53,828 nt of DNA from Candidatus Hermodarchaeota archaeon. Lineage in GTDB: Archaea > Asgardarchaeota > Thorarchaeia > Thorarchaeales > Thorarchaeaceae. The notes under the pieces were generated by a model that made no database searches, had not been told where the DNA came from, and saw nothing but the letters and a program-made list of their open reading frames with translations. Positions 48,756-53,828 of this stretch are shown in pieces (the first letter of the stretch is position 1; the number at the start of each line of letters is the position of its first letter). Both the position numbers and the translations under genes were made by a program. The DNA is taken from positions 62,776 through 116,603 of the forward strand of contig JBHLLF010000007.1 of NCBI GenBank assembly GCA_048885865.1, given 5' to 3'.

Positions 48756-49040
48756 CTACACTTCTTCCTTGCGAATAAGTTCAAAGACAACCACATTATG
48801 TGGGTCAGGACATGCCACAAAGGCACGTTCGGGATCTGGCTCCCAAGGTAGAGCGCCACCGAACTCTAACACTGCAATGAAGGGCAACATTGAGTTATAG
48901 GCCCACCTGCAGATTTTAGCTCTTTCTTCAGGTTTATCCAAATCAAACTCGGTTCCAAGCTGGTATAGACTGCATGCGTTTCCTGAAGGTTCGCTTCGGA
49001 GTTCGGAAACTTTCGCAACAATTCGGTATCGTTTTGTCAT
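48756..49040 (-). CDS. TIGR04076-family protein
   Basis: C..Y..G.EF..ICRWAY..LP..GG..PW..CPDP..VVFEL. Confidence 0.8.
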   Translation of the reverse strand: MTKRYRIVAKVSELRSEPSGNACSLYQLGTEFDLDKPEERAKICRWAYNSMLPFIAVLEFGGALPWEPDPERAFVACPDPHNVVVFELIRKEEV

Positions 49041-49090
49041 CGTTTTCGCTCTCACTACAGATGCTGCTCCCCTACCTCAAAAAGGAATTG

Positions 49091-49125
49091 TCTCACCCAG
49101 CGCCAAGTGCTGATGCTGGGTGAGA
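49091..49125 (-). terminator. Hairpin downstream of mscL
   Basis: TCTCACCCAGC...GCTGGGTGAGA, followed by a U-tract on the minus strand. Confidence 0.7.
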
Positions 49126-49136
49126 TAGAGATCCAA

Positions 49137-49499
49137 TTACTTTATTCCAATCCTGGAAGCAACCTTTACGATGAAGAAGATCACAATCGCCACAATAATG
49201 AATGTGATTAGACTGTCCATAATAGGCCCAGCTGACAATATGTACGTATCACCGGTTGGGTCAATAGGTGCATAAACTATTTTGACGATCGGCATGATGA
49301 GACTGTTCACAAGAGCCTGCACAACATTGCCGATATAGATACCCAAGATGAACGCAACTGCAAGTCCCAGCACCTTGTATTGTGAAATGAAATTGACAAA
49401 CTCATTCACCAGACCCTTAGGAGGCTCTGGTGGCGGGGCTGGTGTCAGCAATTTTCGTATCTCTCTAAGTTCTTCTAACATTTGATCATTAGTTGACAT
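49137..49499 (-). CDS. mscL: Large-conductance mechanosensitive channel MscL (permuted form)
   Basis: EFVNFI..KVLGLAVAFILG..VQALVNSLIMP..ITFIIVAIVIFFIVK. Confidence 0.88.
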   Translation of the reverse strand: MSTNDQMLEELREIRKLLTPAPPPEPPKGLVNEFVNFISQYKVLGLAVAFILGIYIGNVVQALVNSLIMPIVKIVYAPIDPTGDTYILSAGPIMDSLITFIIVAIVIFFIVKVASRIGIK

Positions 49500-49690
49500 T
49501 CCCTCACCTCTTTGAAGTGGCTACGAGATTGGTTCCACTGTAATTTAAATATAGTTAATGAGGCGGGTAAAGGTCGAGTTTCTTTACATGCTGGACCATT
49601 TCAAGGGCGAGATTCGAACTCGCATTGCAGATTTCCTGCAACTCTATGCTAATTAGTGCAGGAATACTGGATTCATTGTATACGGTGAAC

Positions 49691-50485
49691 ATGGTGTTTG
49701 TGTCTTGTTCAATTCTCGGAGGAATGCGTTCAGCCTCCTCAGATGACAAGCTACTACAGGGTCTGATACATACACTCGCGAGAATAAAGGATGCAGGATA
49801 TGAGAGTATCGAGGTCTGGATGGATGATAGGCCCGAATGGCTCAGAAAGACATTCCAGCATGCAATAGAGGACTATGGGCTGAATCCGTATTCGATTCAT
49901 CTGCCGAAATTCCTTGTTGCCTTTGATGACGATGATTTCATGAGATCCACAGAAGTGGTCTTTCCCTTTATTCAGGAGCTTGGAGTAGCAGTCGCTGTCT
50001 TTCATCCACCAGACAGAGAGATGATGGATGAGAGCGATGAGTGGAAGGCTAGACTTGATAGACTGCTAGACCTTGCAGAGGAATCCGGTTGTACCTTGAC
50101 CATTGAAAACGTGCCATATCTGCCAAATGTGGACCAGTTCATTTTGGACCTCATTGCTGCAAATGGTGGAAGACCTTTTGGAGTCACCATCGATCTAGAA
50201 TTTGTGCACATCAATAAGACTGACATCAACCAGATGGTCAGAGAGTACAAAGACCTGATTTTCAATGTTCATTTTCGAGACAGTGATGGAAGTCTTGTGG
50301 ATGAAGAGTCAAATCGGAGATATCTTGTTCCAGGATGCGGCGATATCGATCTTCCACGAGCAGTCCAAATTCTTCATTCAGGGGGATATGATAAAGCATT
50401 GACCATTGAGGTTTCTCATAGAAATCCAAGCAATATTATCGAAGCAAAGATCTATGCTGACTCATGCCTAGCCAAGCTCAAGTGA
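49691..50485 (+). CDS. Sugar phosphate isomerase/epimerase (xylose isomerase-like TIM barrel)
   Basis: AGYESIE, SIHLP, IEN, IDLE, VHFRD, PGCGDID, TIE; GGTGA SD. Confidence 0.88.
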   Translation: MVFVSCSILGGMRSASSDDKLLQGLIHTLARIKDAGYESIEVWMDDRPEWLRKTFQHAIEDYGLNPYSIHLPKFLVAFDDDDFMRSTEVVFPFIQELGVAVAVFHPPDREMMDESDEWKARLDRLLDLAEESGCTLTIENVPYLPNVDQFILDLIAANGGRPFGVTIDLEFVHINKTDINQMVREYKDLIFNVHFRDSDGSLVDEESNRRYLVPGCGDIDLPRAVQILHSGGYDKALTIEVSHRNPSNIIEAKIYADSCLAKLK

Positions 50486-50487
50486 TT

Positions 50488-50520
50488 AAAAAGAAAGGTG
50501 GAGCGGGGATTTCCCGCTCC
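50488..50520 (-). terminator. GC hairpin plus U-tract
   Basis: GGAGCGGG-GATTT-CCCGCTCC, then CTTTCTTTTT on the minus strand. Confidence 0.72.
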
Positions 50521-52334
50521 TAGAAAGACTTCCGTTCATTGTTGACGCGTACGCAGACCACCGCGATGGCTACAACTCCCACTGCGCCAATCAGTATTGC
50601 TGAGTTCGTGATTAGCCCGATGAGAGTGCTGATTGGACCTGGCGCTGAGAGTGGAAATACAGTAAAGATTGGGTCGTGCGTGATGGCGTGCCCGTCCCAC
50701 TCAGCATAGCAGGATGCGTAGTAGTAGGTCTGCGTATACCACATATCAGCTCCAAAGGCAAGGTCTGGCGCGGGGGCGCCTTGCTCCATGAAGGGTAGAA
50801 TGTAGAAATACGTAGGAATGATTGCGGTTCCTACATCGTAGGTCCCGCCGTCCTTACCCCAGAGGTAAGTCCCTCCGAACTCTACGATGGTACGAGTGTT
50901 GGTTTCTCCCGCGACTTCCTCCTCGAATCTGATTGTACCTTCAGGTGCTACTTCGGTTTCTGGCATGCTAGCAGAAAGATCGGTTCCATCATAGAGTGCT
51001 CCACTAATCGTGTAGCTAGAGAAGGAACTCCAATACTTTGCTGCCAGACTAAGACCCTGCACCTCAGGCAAAATGATTCCGGTTTCTGGATTTGTAAAGT
51101 CTCCAAAGTGCTGGTCAACCTTGAGAACTGCAGCTTCATCTGTCACCTCAAAACGGTAGACCATCTCCAATCGGTCGACAGCTGTAGGAACGGCTATTGG
51201 TTCCGCGAAATCTTCTGGTGGCGCATCCTCAGGCCCGCAGAAGCACCAGATTGGATCAGGGTATGGATATGCAGTCATGAGATTGCCCTCTATATCGACT
51301 ACCTCGGCACTCCATTCGATCTGGTTATTGTCATTGAGTTGGGGGAGAAGGACATTGCCGAGTTCAGCTGACTCCGCGTAGAAGTCATAGACTAGCTCAG
51401 ATGCGGTTTCATTCATCTCATAATAGACCCAATCGACAATGCCATCCTCGTTATAGTCCACCTCAATCGGATCATATACTATGTCCATGATTCCATTCCT
51501 ATTCGTATCATTGAATGCGGAAAGACCCGAGAAGTAGTGATCCATCCACTGTGATGTTTCGCCGTCAGTAAACATCTCGCTGATGTCAAAGCCATAGCCT
51601 GTGAAAGAATCCTCATAGTCGTACTCATATGATTCATTCATCCAAGCAGCCCAGGAATATTCTTCCTTAAGGTTTGGAATGATATCATTTGCGTCAACTG
51701 GATTCATGTTGTCATCAAACCAAGTATAGTTGGCACTATAGAAGTAGCTTGAGTTATACTCTGAGAGATAGAAAGTAGAATAGATGAACACCTCATCTCC
51801 TGTCAATGCTTCAGGCTCCGGATACCACATCAACCCCCATATGTCAGTAGCTGTGGGCTCAACGAACCATCTGACTCCTGACAGCCAAGACATGTAAGAT
51901 GCATCCGGATCAAGGACCACTACAACAAGGAGGTTGGAGAAGGACCAATTATAGGAGTAGTCATAGATATAGTCCTCCTGAATCCAGTAGACGTTGTTGT
52001 CAACATCCTCAACATAGATGTACGGCATATATGGGGGAAGAGGTTCGGGGTCGGTTTCGTTCCATACAATGGTACCCATATCACCGGGTTCCGTCTCGCC
52101 CGGTTCAGCTGGATATGTAGGATAGAGTTCCTCTCCCCAGTCTTGACCACTGTCGTTCCACCATTCATATGCGACATATACGCCGGGCAGCATCTCTTCG
52201 AATGGTGCTACAACTTGAGATGGCCCAAAGGGGAGAGCTGTCGTCATCACAGGGAGAACTCCAACAAGCAGAATGCTGAGAAGGGCTCCCGTGGCAAGTA
52301 GTTTCATTGTGGCGCTCATTATGCTGTGCCTCAA
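50520..52334 (-). CDS. Acidic, Tyr/Trp-rich surface protein with signal peptide and C-terminal TM
   Basis: FNDTNRNGIMD and DYNEDGIVD Ca-loop-like motifs; ITHDP; TM anchor. Confidence 0.8.
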   Translation of the reverse strand: MRHSIMSATMKLLATGALLSILLVGVLPVMTTALPFGPSQVVAPFEEMLPGVYVAYEWWNDSGQDWGEELYPTYPAEPGETEPGDMGTIVWNETDPEPLPPYMPYIYVEDVDNNVYWIQEDYIYDYSYNWSFSNLLVVVVLDPDASYMSWLSGVRWFVEPTATDIWGLMWYPEPEALTGDEVFIYSTFYLSEYNSSYFYSANYTWFDDNMNPVDANDIIPNLKEEYSWAAWMNESYEYDYEDSFTGYGFDISEMFTDGETSQWMDHYFSGLSAFNDTNRNGIMDIVYDPIEVDYNEDGIVDWVYYEMNETASELVYDFYAESAELGNVLLPQLNDNNQIEWSAEVVDIEGNLMTAYPYPDPIWCFCGPEDAPPEDFAEPIAVPTAVDRLEMVYRFEVTDEAAVLKVDQHFGDFTNPETGIILPEVQGLSLAAKYWSSFSSYTISGALYDGTDLSASMPETEVAPEGTIRFEEEVAGETNTRTIVEFGGTYLWGKDGGTYDVGTAIIPTYFYILPFMEQGAPAPDLAFGADMWYTQTYYYASCYAEWDGHAITHDPIFTVFPLSAPGPISTLIGLITNSAILIGAVGVVAIAVVCVRVNNERKSF

Positions 52335-52382
52335 AGATTGCTAGGTCAAAAGTAATCCCAAGTAATAATAGAGGTTTTCAGT

Positions 52383-52464
52383 GAACTGTTCAATAAAGGT
52401 TGTAATTCCACTGTTATTTACCCCTAAAACAGCAAAATAGGCTTGATAGAGCTCTGAACAGTTC
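52383..52464. promoter_or_regulatory. Pair of GAAC-W-GTTC palindromic operators
   Basis: GAACTGTTC at 52383-52391 and GAACAGTTC at 52456-52464. Confidence 0.5.
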
Positions 52465-52479
52465 CAAAAGCGTTAAGAG

Positions 52480-52974
52480 TCAACGTGCAACTTTTCTACT
52501 CAGGCGGACAATCTTCGTTCTTCCACTTGTTTCTCGAGTCACTAACGACTTTCTCTCAAGACCGGAGAGGGTCACACTAAGTGTGGATTTACTAAGACCG
52601 GTAACTCGCCTCAGCTCATCCTGAGCCATGAAACCATCGTTTTCCTCCAGTCTATTGATTATTCGTCGTTCTGTGTTGGAGAGGGTCACTACAACTACTG
52701 GCTCTTCCGAAGCTGGTTCTGCATTCTCAGGGATGGCTGCAATTGCATCTTCTAGTTGAGATACTCGACGTTGTAGTCTGAGCACAATAAGGACTGCGGC
52801 ATTGAGAACAAGGATAAGTGATATCACTAAGGCAATCGTGGTCGCGAGGATCACTGTTTCCCGGGAAATTGGAAGTGCGATAATCCAAATCCAGAGCGCT
52901 GCAGAGAGAATTATGATAGATAATAGGACAAGAACCACGTCGATGCGTTTGCCAAAGCTGTCGGCGCGGCTCAT
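52480..52974 (-). CDS. Membrane-anchored winged-helix (MarR-like) regulator
   Basis: Two N-terminal TMs; LSNTERRII..QDELRRVTGLSKSTLSVTLSGLERKSLVTRETSGRTKIV. Confidence 0.85.
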   Translation of the reverse strand: MSRADSFGKRIDVVLVLLSIIILSAALWIWIIALPISRETVILATTIALVISLILVLNAAVLIVLRLQRRVSQLEDAIAAIPENAEPASEEPVVVVTLSNTERRIINRLEENDGFMAQDELRRVTGLSKSTLSVTLSGLERKSLVTRETSGRTKIVRLSRKVAR

Positions 52975-53015
52975 TGGTTCAACCCAACCTGGTTTTGCTG
53001 ATATTCCTTAAGAAG

Positions 53016-53510
53016 TCATTTCATGGCTTTTTTCGCCAATTCTTGCACAATCGTGTTTAGATGTCCGTTGTGATGGCCCAAATGAACGAATGTGTTAGCT
53101 ATTAGATCGATGACACGCATTCCTCTGAAGGGTGCCGGCATGTCATGCTCAGGCACTAAAACTAGCTGTTCATCGGTAGCATCCCCCACATATGCCAGGA
53201 GGTCTTCCTCACTTGAGGTGTAGTAGTCCTCAATGTCCTTCAAAGACACTCCTGTCCAATCCCCATCTGTTCCAGGAGTGTGCGTTTTGAACAAATCAGG
53301 ATTCTTAGGAGAGCCACCCTTGATTAGTACATTGAGGGAATAATCATACACTGCAGCTTGGTGAGCTAATAGCCACCCAAAAGATGACATACCTGAGTCT
53401 GGACGATAGCCCAGGTCATCGCTGCCAAATTTCTGATAGCCCCTGATGGCACGCTCACGCCAAATTCGAGTCCGTTGCGTCATGCTGCGCACTAGTTCTA
53501 CAACTTCCAA
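53016..53510 (-). CDS. DinB-family protein
   Basis: SFGWLLAH, HLGHHNGHL. Confidence 0.82.
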   Translation of the reverse strand: MEVVELVRSMTQRTRIWRERAIRGYQKFGSDDLGYRPDSGMSSFGWLLAHQAAVYDYSLNVLIKGGSPKNPDLFKTHTPGTDGDWTGVSLKDIEDYYTSSEEDLLAYVGDATDEQLVLVPEHDMPAPFRGMRVIDLIANTFVHLGHHNGHLNTIVQELAKKAMK

Positions 53511-53592
53511 GGTTATCAGGAAAGCCTATGACCCCAGCTGATTTATCTGTTGGTGCCCCAGAACAAAGAATGAATCGGAGAGGCCTGTGTCC

Positions 53593-53828
53593 ATGCTGAA
53601 GGAAGTATTTGTCATTGATAGCGGCATCTTGCTTCTTCACTATAGCGAGGACCAGACTGCAAGTGAGAGCGATCAAGCGCTACTTTCATCCGGTTTCATG
53701 ACTGCGATACGAGACTTCAGCAAAGAAACTAGAGCAGAAGTTGTCGATTCACTCTCGACAGAAACAGAGTACATCTTATTCGTTTCTAATCCCGAATCGG
53801 GCCTAGTCACAGTAGGGGTTTTCGATAG
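53593..53828 (+). CDS. Longin-like domain protein (partial, runs off the right edge)
   Basis: Not in ORF track. MLKEVFVIDSGILLLHY..LLSSGFMTAIRDFSKE. Confidence 0.75.
   Translation, partial: MLKEVFVIDSGILLLHYSEDQTASESDQALLSSGFMTAIRDFSKETRAEVVDSLSTETEYILFVSNPESGLVTVGVFD

Noticed and set aside
2213-53676. Many short (about 60-150 aa) ORFs overlapping or antisense to longer genes
   Set aside because: Shadow ORFs with no recognisable motifs.

Overview
Chromosomal window, most likely from an Asgard archaeon (Thorarchaeia-like). This is inferred from gene content: tandem double-Lrp/AsnC wHTH regulators, longin-like domains, giant Ig/LamG surface proteins with C-terminal TM anchors, TTG/GTG starts with GGTGA/GAGGTG Shine-Dalgarno motifs, and TTTATA boxes. 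About 55 CDSs: surface proteins, an M28 peptidase and orphan peptide-binding protein, regulators, yjbQ, a MutY-like and an AlkZ-like glycosylase, msrB, ilvC, mscL, AKR, a GT-C glycosyltransferase and TPR proteins. I saw no rRNA, tRNA, CRISPR array, integrase or transposase. The most interesting items are missing or unlabelled in the ORF track: (1) a ~240-nt highly structured intergenic RNA candidate (40520-40760, minus strand); (2) a ubiquitin-like gene truncated at the same point as a convergent wHTH gene (14458-14835); (3) a 17-aa Lys-rich micropeptide gene with TATA box, structured leader, SD and terminator (12998-13258); (4) a three-promoter ATACG-heptad mini-regulon around an RHH repressor (23043-25396); (5) an Ig-repeat/TM/cytoplasmic longin receptor-like protein; (6) an MscL whose usual C-terminal helix sits at the N-terminus. 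All family calls come from motif recognition by eye; no database search was run.
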